Virus record (IMG/VR): IMGVR_UViG_3300013902_000015
Coordinates: 661-64,660 of that record
Length of the DNA stretch: 64,000 nucleotides
Origin: a virus
Lineage: Duplodnaviria > Caudoviricetes
Strand: one strand, 5' to 3'
The translations under genes were made by a program, and so were the position numbers. Shown one piece after another: positions 1-13,800 of this stretch (position 1 is its first letter; every line of letters begins with the position of its first letter). A model generated the notes under the pieces. That model worked only from the letters and a program-made list of their open reading frames with translations, did not search any database and was not told where the DNA came from.

Positions 1-63
1 TTTTAGAGGGTTCTCCTTGTTGGGCGTGCCTTTCTTGCGCCCTCCTGTTTTCATACCTTTCAT
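1..63 (-). CDS. N-terminus (partial) of a putative terminase small subunit-like protein
   Basis: Minus-strand translation from ATG at 63: MKGMKTGGRKKGTPNKENPLK, running off the window. GGRxKGxPNK is typical of phage TerS-like N-termini. Minus-strand TATCTTTG lies at 147-154. Confidence 0.5.
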   Translation of the reverse strand, partial: MKGMKTGGRKKGTPNKENPLK

Positions 64-202
64 GCTCTAATTTCCTTATCGTTTTGGTAGCCGTGGCGGC
101 TGTTTGTGGTTCACGGCCTTGTGATACAATAGTTAAAAGTGAGAGGCAAAGATACCTTATTAATTTAGCGCACGAATTATAACTTTTGAAACATAAACGA
201 TT

Positions 203-682
203 ATGGGACTAATAGGAGCAGCGGTAGGAGCCGCAGGAAGCATCTTCGGAGGCATCAGCGCGAGCAAGGCGATGAAGCGCATGAAGAAGAATGTCGAGGC
301 GCAGCGTAAGGCAAACCAAGACTGGTATGACCGCAGGTATAACGAGGACGCCACACAGAGGGCGGACGCGCAGAGGATACTCACCCAGACGGAGGAGAGT
401 ATCAAGAACCGCAACAGACAGGCGGCAGGTGCGCAAGCCGTGATGGGCGGCACGGACGAGAGCACGGCAGCGGCCAAAGCCGCCAACAACCAAGCCTTGG
501 CAGATGCCACGTCACAGATTGCAGTCAATGCGGACGCACGCAAAGACCAGATTGAGCAGACGTACAGAGCCAAGGACGATGAGTATGTGAACCAGTTGAA
601 CCAAATAGAGCAAGGCAAGGCGCAAGCCATTGGACAAGCCGTGCAGGGCGTAGCCAGTGCAGCGTCCTCCATGCCTTTCTAA
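203..682 (+). CDS. Putative DNA ejection/pilot protein
   Basis: Gly/Ala-rich hydrophobic N-terminus (MGLIGAAVGAAGSIFGG) followed by a Q/A-rich coiled coil, upstream of the giant virion protein. Confidence 0.55.
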   Translation: MGLIGAAVGAAGSIFGGISASKAMKRMKKNVEAQRKANQDWYDRRYNEDATQRADAQRILTQTEESIKNRNRQAAGAQAVMGGTDESTAAAKAANNQALADATSQIAVNADARKDQIEQTYRAKDDEYVNQLNQIEQGKAQAIGQAVQGVASAASSMPF

Positions 683-699
683 CATAAAGCACAACAGAT

Positions 700-1869
700 A
701 TGAGCACAGGAAATCCACAGATAGGCAGTGCCGACTGGCTTGACGAGCAGAACGGAGAGGACACAACTCCCGTTGTCAAGGGTACGCAAGCAGCCGCAGA
801 ACAGACTCCACAGCCCGAACCTGCCCAGAAAGGTACATTGGAATGGACTGAACAGAACAGTGGAGAGAACGCCCCGGTTACAGAGAGCAAGCCGACACCG
901 CAGAGTGATGTTGCGCCAGCGGCCGACAAGCAAGTTGGTGTTTCGCCACAGAACAATGCCGATGCCGTGATGGGATACGACCAGCAGATAGCAACATTGC
1001 AGGAAGCCGCCAACAAGTACAAGCCGGAGACCGAGGAGGAACGCAAGAAGCGTGAGCGCAAGGAGAAGTCGAAGAAGATAATTGCAGCCGTTGGTGACGG
1101 ACTGATGGCGTTGAGCAACCTCTACTTCACGACAAGAGGCGCGCCCAATATGTACGACCACAAGACCATGAGCCAGCAGACACCGCTACAAACGCATCTT
1201 GACAAACTCAAAGCCGAGCGCGAGGCCAATGCCGACAAGTATCTCCAGTATTCCCTCAAAATAGGCGACCTACAAAACGACAAGGCGAAGACATTGCGTG
1301 AAATGGAAGCCGAACAGGAACGCTTGAAACTCGCAAGGGAAAAGGCAACCCGAGAGCAAGAGGCGCACGGCTGGCTTGCAGCATTGCAGCCCGATAAGTT
1401 GCGTGAGCAGAAAGGAAAGGCCGACAAGGCAGCGTCAGAGGCTACCACAGCTGAAGAAGAGGCAAAGAATGCTCCCGAAATGCAAAAAGCCAAACTGGAG
1501 ACTGAAAAGGCACGTGGTGAAGCACAGAGAGCGTCAGCAACCGCAAGCCGGGCATCTGCCACCAATTCCTACGCATCGGCAAGGGCGCACGACCGCTCCA
1601 ACAACAATGAATTCAGCGCATGGGACGAGAATGGCAGGGAGCATAAGTTCCATACCGCAGCAGCTGCGGAGGCATTTGCAAGACAGCACGGCACGTTTGA
1701 GGAAACCGATGTTACCTCATCGAGCACTACGGACAGCGAGACAAACGGCCACTCAACCACGACTTACAAGAAGAAAAGCGGTTATGCCAAGCGCGTAGTT
1801 CCAGACAACACGCCTCCAAGCCGCAGAAGAGGAGGCAATGACAATACACCACCAAGCAGAAGAAGATAA
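700..1869 (+). CDS. Hypothetical protein, probable internal virion/ejection protein
   Basis: 389-aa ORF in operon context, with coiled coil, a central hydrophobic segment and a duplicated C-terminal DNTPPSRRR. Confidence 0.5.
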   Translation: MSTGNPQIGSADWLDEQNGEDTTPVVKGTQAAAEQTPQPEPAQKGTLEWTEQNSGENAPVTESKPTPQSDVAPAADKQVGVSPQNNADAVMGYDQQIATLQEAANKYKPETEEERKKRERKEKSKKIIAAVGDGLMALSNLYFTTRGAPNMYDHKTMSQQTPLQTHLDKLKAEREANADKYLQYSLKIGDLQNDKAKTLREMEAEQERLKLAREKATREQEAHGWLAALQPDKLREQKGKADKAASEATTAEEEAKNAPEMQKAKLETEKARGEAQRASATASRASATNSYASARAHDRSNNNEFSAWDENGREHKFHTAAAAEAFARQHGTFEETDVTSSSTTDSETNGHSTTTYKKKSGYAKRVVPDNTPPSRRRGGNDNTPPSRRR

Positions 1870-1870
1870 T

Positions 1871-4800
1871 ATGGCACAAAGTAATGACAATGACGATATT
1901 AAGTGGCTCTACGGCAAGCTGAAAGCCAAGGGCTACAACATCGGCAGTGAGGCAGAGTTCAAGTCCTCGCTTGCTAATGCGGAAGACCGTAAGTGGTACT
2001 ACCAGAAAGCCAAGGGCATGGGCTTGAACATGGGCAGTATGGCAGACTTTGAAGGTATGTATGCGCCCAAGGCTACATCAACACCACAGAAACAGAAGCC
2101 AGCTGCAACCACACAGCCGACCCATGTTGCGACATCAGCAACAACTGCAGGTACAACGCCTACGCCAAGCACGGCTCCTGCCACACAGCAGAAGAAAGAC
2201 AAACCGCTCAGTGAGGCTGACAAACAGAGATTGATGGCCAATGTGGGCAATATGATGTCCGAGACCAACGCTTCGCTCCAGCGAACTCAGAACCGCATGG
2301 ACTATGCAAGAGCCAATGCTGGGCTGAGAGTGCCTCGTGTCACCCTCGGAGACAAGAATAGTGGTGTAAGGCTGGGTCAAAACACCAAGGTTGTGGCAAA
2401 GAAGCCTAAATACAATCCACATTCTGGCAAGATGGAGCAGACCTACATCACGGAGAGTGGCAACGAGTACACAAGCCGTGGTGCGGCAGACTTGGAGCAG
2501 AACAGCATTGATGAGGCCGCAAGACAGCCTCTTGGTCTCAATATGAACGACCAGCAGGTGGACGCGGCACAGAAGCCTGCCAGTGCAGCCGTTGCGGCCT
2601 TGTGGAAAGAGGCAGAGGCGCAGTATGCAGCCGACCGCAACAAGAACGCGGAGGAGGTATATGGCGGCAACCCGTGGCTACATGGAGGGCGTGAGATGCA
2701 CATCGTTGATGCAGCCACCAACTCGCACAAAAACGAGGTGTCTCGCCTTACACGCTTTGATCTGCAGAAAATGATGGACAATGCGTGGGGACGCGTAGGC
2801 AAACAGATGACGGCATCATGCTATGCTCAACTGAAAAAGCAGTACCCCACAGCAACCGAGCAACAATTGCAGAACTCTGCTTCCACGATGGCTCGCAGAC
2901 TGTCGGACAATGCCGTGTACAAGTATGCCGTGGCAAAGAATACACCAAAGAGCACTTTGGAGTTCTTCGCCAAGACCGCAGCCGACATGAACCTATTGCG
3001 CACCATCAGCAAGGGACTGGCACGGAGCGAGGCTGGAACGACTGGCGACATGGCTGCATACGAGCAAGCGATGGGCGATTACGGCAAGAACCACCGCTGG
3101 GCGCAAATTGGTGGTACTGTCACTGGTATGCTTTTTGACCCTACCACTTATATATCTGGCGGTTTCGGCTCGTTTGCAGGTAAGACGGCACTCAACTTGG
3201 GCGGTCGTATTATAGCGAAGAAAGCAGCCACTAATGTAGGCGCACGTCTGTTTGGCAACACGCTGACAGGGCGTGTCGTGGCTGGAGCAGTAGGCGGTGG
3301 TGCAAACTTTGGTGCATACGAGGGCATTAAAGAGGGCGAAAGCCAGTTCCTGCATGGCGGACACATCAACCCCGAGACTGGCGAGAACGAGGGCTATTCG
3401 GCTGGTGACATATTGAAATCCACTGGGCGTGGCACGATGCTTGGCTCTGTGACAGGTACATTTTCCCCTTTGTTGGGCAATGTGGCAGACAAGTGGGTCA
3501 AGGCGACTGAAAGCACGGCTGGCAAGGTAGGCATTCGTGCAGGAGAACTCGCCACTTCCACCATTGCCGAGGGTACGATATTCTCTGTTCCCGAATGGAT
3601 AAGCGGTAATGGCGATGCAATGGACGTATGGACAGACAACATGGCGATGATGCTTGGTTTCAAGGCACAGCACATGGTGAAGTCTGCCCCTCGCGTCATT
3701 GCAGGACTGCGCCCCATAGAGAACCCAAAGACCATGCAGGAGCGCAACCACAACCGCATGAACTTCATGGAAAGACTGCGCACCCAGATGGACAGGAGTC
3801 CGAGCGACATGGCTTTTACCAATGAGGAACGTGAGGAACTGCGCAAGGCTGGTTATGGCGAGTTGGCCGACCTCTTCAAGCGCAGACCCAAGCAGAAGAA
3901 TACTACCAAGCCCCAGCATAAACCACAATCAACAGACGGAAAGGTAATGTATCTTGACATTCCCGAAGCCGATGTTGAGGATTTGGGCAAGCAGTGGCTC
4001 AACCAGCACCCCGAGTTTGACGGCTATGAGGCAATGGAACGTCTCATGCAAGACCCGAATGTGAGCCAGAGCGCGAGAGCCAAGGCATACTATATCCTCA
4101 CTGGACGTCAGTTGCCGATGGGAACCGTTACTGGGTACACTACGGAAAAAGACGAGCACGGCAATATCTTCGTGAAGTCCATGACCGCCAACGGAGAGGT
4201 CGTTACGAGCAGACGCTTTGCCGATGAAGCCTCGGCGAAGAAGGAGCAGGACAAGATTATGCGCCAAGCCGAACTCAACTCCGTAGATGTCGGTGAGCGT
4301 TACACCGAGGCAAAAGCCAACAACAAGGTATGGGAAGCCGCCATTGAAGCCGTTGCCCCCGGTGCAGACACCGAGACTGTAAAGCGCAACTACCAAGCAG
4401 CCAAGGAGGGCGACAAGGACGCAATCGCCAACTATGGGCAAATGGTTGATGCCATCGATAAGTTCATGGAGGAGAACAAAGGCATGGCAGACGCAGAACG
4501 CCCCGAGGCAATCCGTGCGGCCATCAAGGAGGAGACTGGCGTAGATGTGGATGTGGCAATCAAGAAAGAACCGAGCAAGCGCACCGACCCCGAAAAGGTT
4601 GCGGTGCAAGACTACATTGAGCGTCTCTTCCCCGAACAGAAAGCCGAGACCGAGCACCCCAAGTCGGACGCGGAAGCCGAGGCAGGAGCCATTTATGACA
4701 GTTCTCGTCTGCTTTGGGAAAAGGTGGAGCAAGGCGATGCGGACGCAAAAGCCGACATTGACGCTATTTCAATCCGTATGAAGGAAGCCTTGCAGGAATG

Positions 4801-7800
4801 TGAGGACGCTTTCGGCACAGACGCAGAGATGCGCATGGCGGAAATGCAGGAAAATCCGTGGGCGTTGGTCAATGACCCGGAGTTGACCGAAGACCAGCAG
4901 GACGCAGTGCTCTACTATATCCAGTCAAAGGCAGCGTTGGACGGAGTTATGGACGCATCAAACGATGCGATGGAGAACAAGCGCAGGGAGGTAGCCGCCA
5001 ATGTGGAGCGTCACACCCATAAGGACAACGGCATGGTGCAGCCAGCCACTATGAAAGTGGACGACAAGCCAGTGTATATAGTCAAGGGTAATGTTGTGCC
5101 TCTTCCCGATGGCACAGGCATTGACGTGCGCAATTCCGACCAGAGCATCGTGATTTGCGATGCCGAGACTGGCGAATACAAGTTTACCAGTCCCGACCAA
5201 ATCTTCAATCTTGGTGAGGTTATCAACCCACAGAACGAAATTGACGAGGCGTATGCCAACATTCAAGCCGAGCATGATGCCATGCTTGGTAGTACAGAAA
5301 ACGGAGAAAGCGAACCAAATTCTGAGGAAAGCGTACAGGAAACACCCGAAAACGTACAGAATGATGGCGAGAATGTACCGCAGCAGATGACCGAAGAGCA
5401 AATGCAGCAGTACGCCAAAGGTGCTTTCAATGAAGCTACCCAAGGCAATGGCGGCATCACTCTTCCGCAGGAGCAAGCAGAGCAACTGCAACAGCACAAC
5501 CAACAGATGTTGGAGCAGGAGCAACAGCGTAAGGAAGAGGAAACCAACCGTCAGCCGACCGCATTGGAGCGTGTTCCTGTCAATGAGGAGACAGGTGAGC
5601 CGATGTTTGAGAAAGCCGACAAGGAAACCGCACTTGACGCGTTGGGCGAGATAACAGGTGGCAATGATGAGAACACCACAGCCATTGTCAATGCTCAGGT
5701 GGAGCAAGCACAGAAAGCGGTTGATGCGTTGAAGAAGAAAAAGCCGACCAAGAAAGCACCAGCACTCAAAGGCTCGCCTATGGCCATGGTCAAGGCACAG
5801 CAGGAGGCTGATGCCGCATACAATGCCGCCATGGAGCAGTATAACGGACAGGTGGCACAGGCCGAGGAGACGCTGAACGCTTGGACGCGCATCTATGCAC
5901 TCATGAACGAGCGCAAACGTGCCGTGCGTGAGCAGCAGGAGGCAGAGTGGAGAGAGCGTGAAGCGAAACTGCATGATGAAGCTGTGGCGCAGTTGGAGGA
6001 ACAGAAGCGCATTGCAGCAGAGAAAGCCAAGGAGCAAGCCGAGGTGGGCACCCATGCCGTGAACCCGAAGATAAAGGCCAAGTGGGACGGAGCCGCCAAG
6101 GTGGAGGGCAATCCCAATGCGCTCACCCTTGCAGATGGTTCGACACTTCGCGGCCACTATGTGCTGACCGAGGCAGGAGCAGCCACCGCCAGCCATGACA
6201 TCAACAATGCCTTTGAGCCGACCGAGGGTTTTCCGATTGACGAGAACGGAGAGAGCGTGAACGACCGTGACTACCAGCGCGACACGGACGCTCAGCAGAT
6301 TGTGAGGAACATTGCCGACAACTACGACAGCCGTGCCTTGCAGTCACCAGTCATCGTGAGCAAGGACGGAGTTGTGCTTTCGGGCAACAACCGTACCATG
6401 TCGGGCGACATGGCCGCACAGCAGGGAACCGACAAGGCGTATGTGGATCACCTGCGTGAGTTCGGGCAGATGTATGGCTTCACTCCCGAACAGATTGACG
6501 GCATGAAGCATCCGCGTGTGGTGTTTGTCCCGGATGAGACACTGCCCTACGATGCCTCCACCTTTGCACGTTTCAATGCCGAGCAGCAGAAGAAACAGAG
6601 CAAGCCCGAACAGGCGGTGAAGTTGGGTAAGATTGTACCCGACAACGTGTTCAACAGTATTGTGGGTGACATCAGCCGTTTTGACCGCCTCTCGGACTAC
6701 TATGCAGACAGCAAGGCCGTGGACTCTGCCATCAGTCAGTTGCATAGGGCTGGAGTCATCAACGAGATGCAGTTGCCCGAGCTTCGCACTGGCAACACCC
6801 TGTCAGCGGCAGGACGCGAACTTATTGAGAACACACTTATAGGCAAGGTCTTTCAGACTTCGCCCGATGCCGTGCGCCAGATTATCAGTACGCCGACCCT
6901 GCGCCAGTCGGTCATCATGGGCTTAAACGAGATAGCGCACAACCGCACACTCGCCAAGAGTGGCTACGACCTCAGCCTAGAGTTGGGTGCAGCCGTTGAC
7001 CTTGTAGCAAGAGCCAAGGCATCAGATGCCGACCTATTCAAGGAAGGCAGACCAGTATCACCGTTTGGCCGTCAGCAAGGATTGTTTGATGACGAGTACG
7101 GAGACAGCCGTGTGACAGATGGCGTAACACTCTTACTTGCCGACCTGCTGAATAGCGGCAAGCCGAGCGATTTACGCAAAGTGCTCGCCACATATAATAA
7201 TGAAGCAGTAAATCCTGCAGGCGGTCAGTTGGATATGTTTACAGGCAACGTGACTCCAAAGGAAGATATACTTAAAAACATAAACGAATATTTCAGAAAT
7301 GCAACACCAAAAGAACAACAAGCCATTATCGATGCAGCCATTGCAGAGCGGAAACGCAACGCAGAAGCCGCAGCAGAGCCAAGTGGACGAGACGAGGCAA
7401 CTGAACAAACTGAGAATGCTGTACAGAGCAATGCAGAGCCTCAACAATCAGCAGTAGCCGGGAACGAACCTGCCAAGCAGGAAGAGAAGCCACAAGCCGA
7501 GGAACCCAATGCCGACACCATTGCCGAAGAAAAGGAGAAAGTATTGCGCCAGCGACTTACAGAAACCGATGAGGAATGGACGGAGTCAAGCGAGTATGGA
7601 AACATCTACAAGCAGAAACTGCTCATTGACGGCAAGGAAGTAATCAAGGTTGATGCTCCTGACGAGAGCAAGAACTATCCCGGCACTTACTATGAGGTGG
7701 ACGGCAAACAGTTTGGCGACCTGCAAGAGGTGGCCAACTATATTTACGGTAAGCAGCAGCCGTTGTCTGCAAAGATAAAGACTGCCTCGGCAGAGGTGAA

Positions 7801-10800
7801 CACCGAGCCTACCGAGGCACAGAAAGAGGCTGGCAACTACAAGAAAGGCCATGTGCAGGTGGGTACGTTTGACATTACCATCGAGCAGCCCGAGGGCAGT
7901 GTGCGCAAAGGCACGGATGCCAACGGCAAGAAGTGGGAAAGCAAGATGCACAACACTTACGGCTACTTCCGTGGCACGGAGGGCGTGGACGGAGACCATA
8001 TAGATGTGTTTCTCTCCAACGACATTGACGGTTGGAACGGACGCAAGGTGTATGTGGTGGACCAGTACAACCCGGACGGCACGTTTGACGAGCACAAGGT
8101 GATGCTTGGCTTCAATGATGCAGACGAGGCGAAGAGCGACTATCTTGCCAACTATGAGAAAGGTTGGCAAGACGGGCGCAGGATTGACGTGTCCGCAACG
8201 AACCTCGAATACTTTGAGAAATGGATTGGTTCAAGCCACCGCAAGACTAAGCCATTTGCAGAGTATGCTGGGGTGAAGAAAGAAACCGTGGCCAATGCTC
8301 CTGCAAAAGAAATCAAACAGACCGAAGCAAGCGAGAGCGAGGGTTACACAATCACCCCGTCCACCTATACCAACAAGAAAGGCAAGACGAGCGATGTGTC
8401 ATTGCTCACCTTTGACAATGACTTGACAGCCGACCAAGAGCGTGCCGTGAAAGAGTTTGCCAAGGAACGAACTGGCGAGGGACGCTTTGCCCCTGCCCGT
8501 GGTTGGAAAGACCGCGAGAGCGGAGGCTGGATATTCCGCAATGAGGAAGACGCACGCAAGGCCGCTGAAATGGTGGGCAGCGAGGAAGCCGTGGCCGACA
8601 ATCAGCCATTGACTGTGCAGGAGATGCGTGATGCCGTTGAGCCAAAGAAACCAACCGAACGGAAGAAAGCCGCTGCAAAGAAACCTGCAAACAAGGTTGA
8701 TGTGGCAGAAGTCGTGGAGCAATCCGAACCGACTAAGCCAGCCAAAGCGGAAAAGCCTGTGCAGAGTGGCGAGAAGAAACTTGTCATCACCGATGAGATG
8801 AAGCATGACGAGGATATTCTTCGTGAGTTGCTTGGTATTGGCGATGACGAGGTGGACGGAGGCATGAAGTTCCGCGACCCGGACGCATTGACCTCACAGC
8901 AGAGGCGGTTTGTGTACAACGCTGGAGTGAACTACTCCTTGGGCTACATTGACCAAGGCTTTGTGGCATTCCCAGAGTTTGCCAAGGCTATGGTGAGCCG
9001 ACTTGGCTACAAAATCAAGCCGTGGCTCAAATCGTTCTACGAGGGAGCAAAGCGCATACCGGGTTATGACCAGTCCATTTTTACACCGACCGAAGAGGTA
9101 GATGCCTTTGACGTGGAGAACTTCGACAAGCCACAGCCCGATGTGCTTGCCCAAGCCAACATGATTGTTGAGGAGGGTAAGGCACAGGTAGCGGCAGAGA
9201 AAGCAAACAATGAACTCAAAGAAATAAGAAATGAGCAACGAAAAGAGACCGAAAAGCAGACAGCAGCAGATACAGATGCTGTTGCAGCAGAAGCAAAGAC
9301 TGTTGCAAGCGAAGCAGAAACTATCGCAGAAACTTCAAACGATGAGCAAGAAATCAACGGAGCAGCCGAGCGAGTAGATGACACCCTCGACAAAGTGAAC
9401 GACCAACTCGCCCTGCTTGGTTACTACAAGGCAGAGCCAGTGGAAAAGGACTTCAACGAGGCATACGGCTATATGCGCAATGCCGAGAAGAAAGCCGTCA
9501 AGGATGCTGCCAAACTTGCAAGCCAGTTGATTGATGACCTTGGGCTTGACCGCTACGAGGCTACCCACGGAGAAGCCGACAAGAAAGGCAACCGCAAGAC
9601 CAAGCCCCTTGCAGTGGCAAACATTGCACCTGCTGGAGGGGACATCACCATGCACCTGCCATTGGCTGAGGGCAGAGAGTTGTATGTGAATGTTCAACTT
9701 GCACCGTCAGCAGGGAAAGGCATCACCAACTATGGAGGTGACAACCTTGAAGTAACTGGCATCATGAGCCGTGTGGAAAATCCGAATGCCAAAGGCAATG
9801 ACCGCTACGGACAGAACATGTGGTTTGCAGAAGATGTTACCTACGATGAACTGCTAAAGAATGTGCAACGAGTGGCGCAGGATTATCTTCCAGAGCCTAA
9901 GCATGGCGAGGTGGGTGACTTCTACGAAGACGGCATCAATGAGGATGCGGTTGCAGCACTACCCGAGGACACTGCCATACAACTCCATGTTGTTGATATT
10001 CTCAATCCGGGTATGACCAACAACTCCATGAAGTCAAAGATTGCCAGCCTTAACTGTCTGCTTCCGAAGATTTCTGACAAGAAGTTGGCAGAACTTGACA
10101 AGGAGTATGGCGATGACAAAGTTATGGGTAGCCACATTAAAGCGGGAGTGAAGAGACGTGAGCATGAGGGCGTGTTCAAAAAAGCGGAGCGTGTAGCCAA
10201 CGAAACCAAGGCGAAACGTGAGAAAATCCGTGTGGCCGAGCAGGAGATTGACGCATCCGACCTACCAGAACCAGCCAAAGAAAAAGCAAGGAAAGCACTC
10301 CATGGTAGTGACAGTATGACGGATAATGCCGCACTTGCAGAAATCCAAAGACGTGCTACGAAGAAAAAGACACCGAAGAAAGTTAAGCCAGAGCAGCCGG
10401 TGGGCGATTTGTTTGCCGGGCTGTTCGATGAACCAGTAAAAGAGAAAGACAATGGATTACAACGAAATGATGATGCGGTACGCACCGAAGCAGTGCCAAC
10501 CGACAATCGTGGACAACAGCAAGGACTACGAGGAGGCAAAGGAAGTACTCGCAAAGCAGCTCCACAAGAAAGTGGAAGACCTGACGGAGGAAGAGGAGAA
10601 CACGGCACTGGCAAAGATGGGGCTGTGTCCGCTGGACTTCATGGACTGACCGAGCCGAAGAACACACGCAACAACCATTCGGAGCGTGGTGCCGACCATG
10701 CCCCGACTTCGGTCAACGGACGAATAGAAGCCAACATCAAGGCTATTGAGTTGGCGCACGAGTTACTTGAGAGCGGTGAGACTGCCACTCCCGAGCAGAT

Positions 10801-13800
10801 GAATGTACTCCGACAATTCAGCGGTTGGGGCGGCCTTGGCGTAGCATTCAGCGATGGCGGTTACGACTGGAAACAGCGAGAGCGCAACAAGAAGATACGC
10901 GAGTTGCTTGGGGAGGAAGCCTACGAGCAAGCCGTGATGAGTGCCAACAGTGCCTACTACACCCCTGCCTACGTTGTAGATACCCTATGGGACATTGCAA
11001 AGCAACTTGGCTTCAAGGGCGGTAACATCTTGGAGGGTTCGGCAGGTATCGGCAACATCTTGGGACAGATGCCAACCACCATGAGCGAGCGCAGCGACAT
11101 TCACGCCATCGAGATAGACGGCACATCTGGGGGCATACTCTCATTGCTCTATCCCGATGCCAAGGTGGACATACAAGGCTTTGAGCAGACACGCATACCC
11201 AACGGCAGCGTGGACTTGGCCATTACCAATGTGCCATTTGTTACCGGGTTGCGCGTGAACGACACTACAGGCGACAACGACCTCTCCAAGAAGTTCCACA
11301 ATATCCATGACTTCTGCATTGCCAAGAACGTGCGCAAGTTGCGTGAGGGCGGTATAGGTATCTTCATCTCGTCCAACGGCACACTTGATAACAGCAAGGC
11401 ATTGCGAGACTGGGTGGTGAACGAGGGCGGTTCGGACTTCATCGGAGCGTTCCGCATGAACAACAAGACCTTTGGCGGCACAACCGTGACATCGGACATC
11501 ATCGTTATCCGCAAGCGCGTGAACGGTCAGAAATCGGCACAAGCCATTGACGTGAGCACCATCAGCGGTGAGCGCACGGCAGAGTACCAAGAGCCGGGCT
11601 CACGCAAGGCCAAGCAAGTGTCCATGGACTACAACAAGTATTTCATCGAGCACCCCGACCACATGGCAGGAGAGATGCGCTTTGCCTTTGAGGAGGGCGA
11701 CACGTTCAGACCCACCAGCAAGGGACTCTACCCTGTAAGTGGCAAAGACCAAGGCAAGATACTGGCAGACTTCGTGAAGTCGTTCACCGAGGAGGACAAC
11801 AGCAATGTGGCAAGCACCGAGAGCGCAAAGCCATCTTATGTTAGCGATGCGTCAGCCGATGGAAAGAAACTTGGCGAGATGTACATGAAAGACGGCAAGA
11901 TTGTCGTTGCCAGCATGGGCGGTTACTATCCTCTTGAAGTGAACGACAAGAAGATAAAGGGACACACCAAGCAGGAGTGTTTCAATGCCTATTCCGCCGT
12001 CAAGACCGCATTGGCAGACGTGATGAAATACCAGACCGAGAACGAGGGCGATGCCGGGCTGAAACCGCTTATAGCCAAACTCAACAAGGCATACGATGAC
12101 TTTGTGAGCACCTACGGCCACTTCAACAAGAACAACCAGTTGGCATGGCTGCGTAACGATGTGGACTATCCTAACGTGTTCTCATTAGAGACCTACAAGG
12201 AGCAGGGAGACGGCAAGGGCGGAGTTGTCAAGACCTACGGCAAGGCAGACGTGATGAAGAACCGTGTCGTGGAGAAAGAAAGCGAGCCACATCCCGAGAA
12301 CGTGAAAGACGGAGTTGTGGTGAGTATGTTCAAGAACGGACGCATTGATGTGCCATACATAGCAGGGCAGCTTGGCAAGAGCGAGGAAGCCGTGAAGCGT
12401 GAAATCATAGAAAGCGGACTTGGCTTTGAAGACCCTGCCACACGACAGATGGAGGTGTCGTACCAATATCTGAGCGGCAATGTGCGCGAGAAACTGCGAC
12501 AAGCGGAAGAGAACAACGAGAATGGCGAGTATGCGAAGAACATCAAGGCATTGCAGGAAGTTGTGCCTATGGACATTCCTGCCCACTTGATAGACTTCAC
12601 GCTCGGCTCGTCATGGCTTGACCCCAAACTCTATGACGAGTATGTGAAAGACCGCACCGACATAGACGTGCATTTCACATCAGCAGGAGGCACATGGTTC
12701 ATGAAAGCCCCGACATACGGCTTGAACGGAGAAAAGAACCGTGCCATGGGCGTAGTGAGCGAGATGCTGAAGAAAACCATCATGGGACACGAACTCATTG
12801 CAGCCGCTATCCAGAACAAGAGCATCATCGTATCACGGACGGAGAAGCACTATGACGGCACGACCGAGACCATCACCGACCGTGAGGCCACGTCAGCGTG
12901 TGCCGCCAAGATAGATGAGATACGGCAGGACTTCAAGGACTGGGCGCGTCAGAAGATGCAAAGCGATGCGGAGTTGTCGGCACGCATGGAGCGTGAGTAC
13001 AACGACCGCTTCAACAACTATGTGCCTATGAGCATACCCGAAGACTTCGTACCCGAATACTTCGGTGGCGCAACCCACAAGTTCAAGATGCGTCCACACC
13101 AAGGCAAGGCCATAGTGCGCGGCACGATGCAGCCGTTGTTGCTCGCCCATGAGGTTGGCACTGGAAAGACATTTACCCTCATCTCTACCGCTATGGAGAT
13201 GCGCAGACTCGGCACGGCACGCAAGCCTATGATTGTCGTTCAGAATGCCACCGTAGGGCAGTTTGCTGCCTCGGCCAAGGAACTCTATCCCAATGCCAAG
13301 ATACTTACGCTTGAGGACAATGACCGCAATGCGGAGGGCAGAAAGAATTTCTACGCCAAAATCAAGTACAATGATTGGGACATGATAGTCGTGCCTCAGA
13401 GCACCTTTGAGTTTATCCCGGACAGCGATGAGCGTCAGATGCAGTTTGTGCAAGACAAGATAGACGAGAAGATGCTTGTGCTTGAAAAGATGCGAGAGGC
13501 TGACACCAGCGGCAGAGACCCGATAACAAGGCGTGCCGAGAAAGAGTTAGCCGACCTGCAAGCAGAAATGGCCGCATTGTCTGACGGCATATCCAAGAAG
13601 CGCACCGCCAACAACGAGAAGAAGAAAGCCGTAGCCAAGCAGAATGCGGCCGTCAAGGCGCAAGAAATGCTTGACCGCCGTACAGACGATGTGGAGAACT
13701 TTGACGACATGGGCATTGACGCATTGCTCATTGACGAGGCGCACGAGTACAAACACCTTGGCTTTGCCACAGCCATGCAACGAGGCGTGAAAGGTGTTGA

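Noticed and set aside
1804-1866. Duplicated DNTPPSRRR at a C-terminus
   Set aside because: Real but a simple short tandem duplication in a disordered tail.
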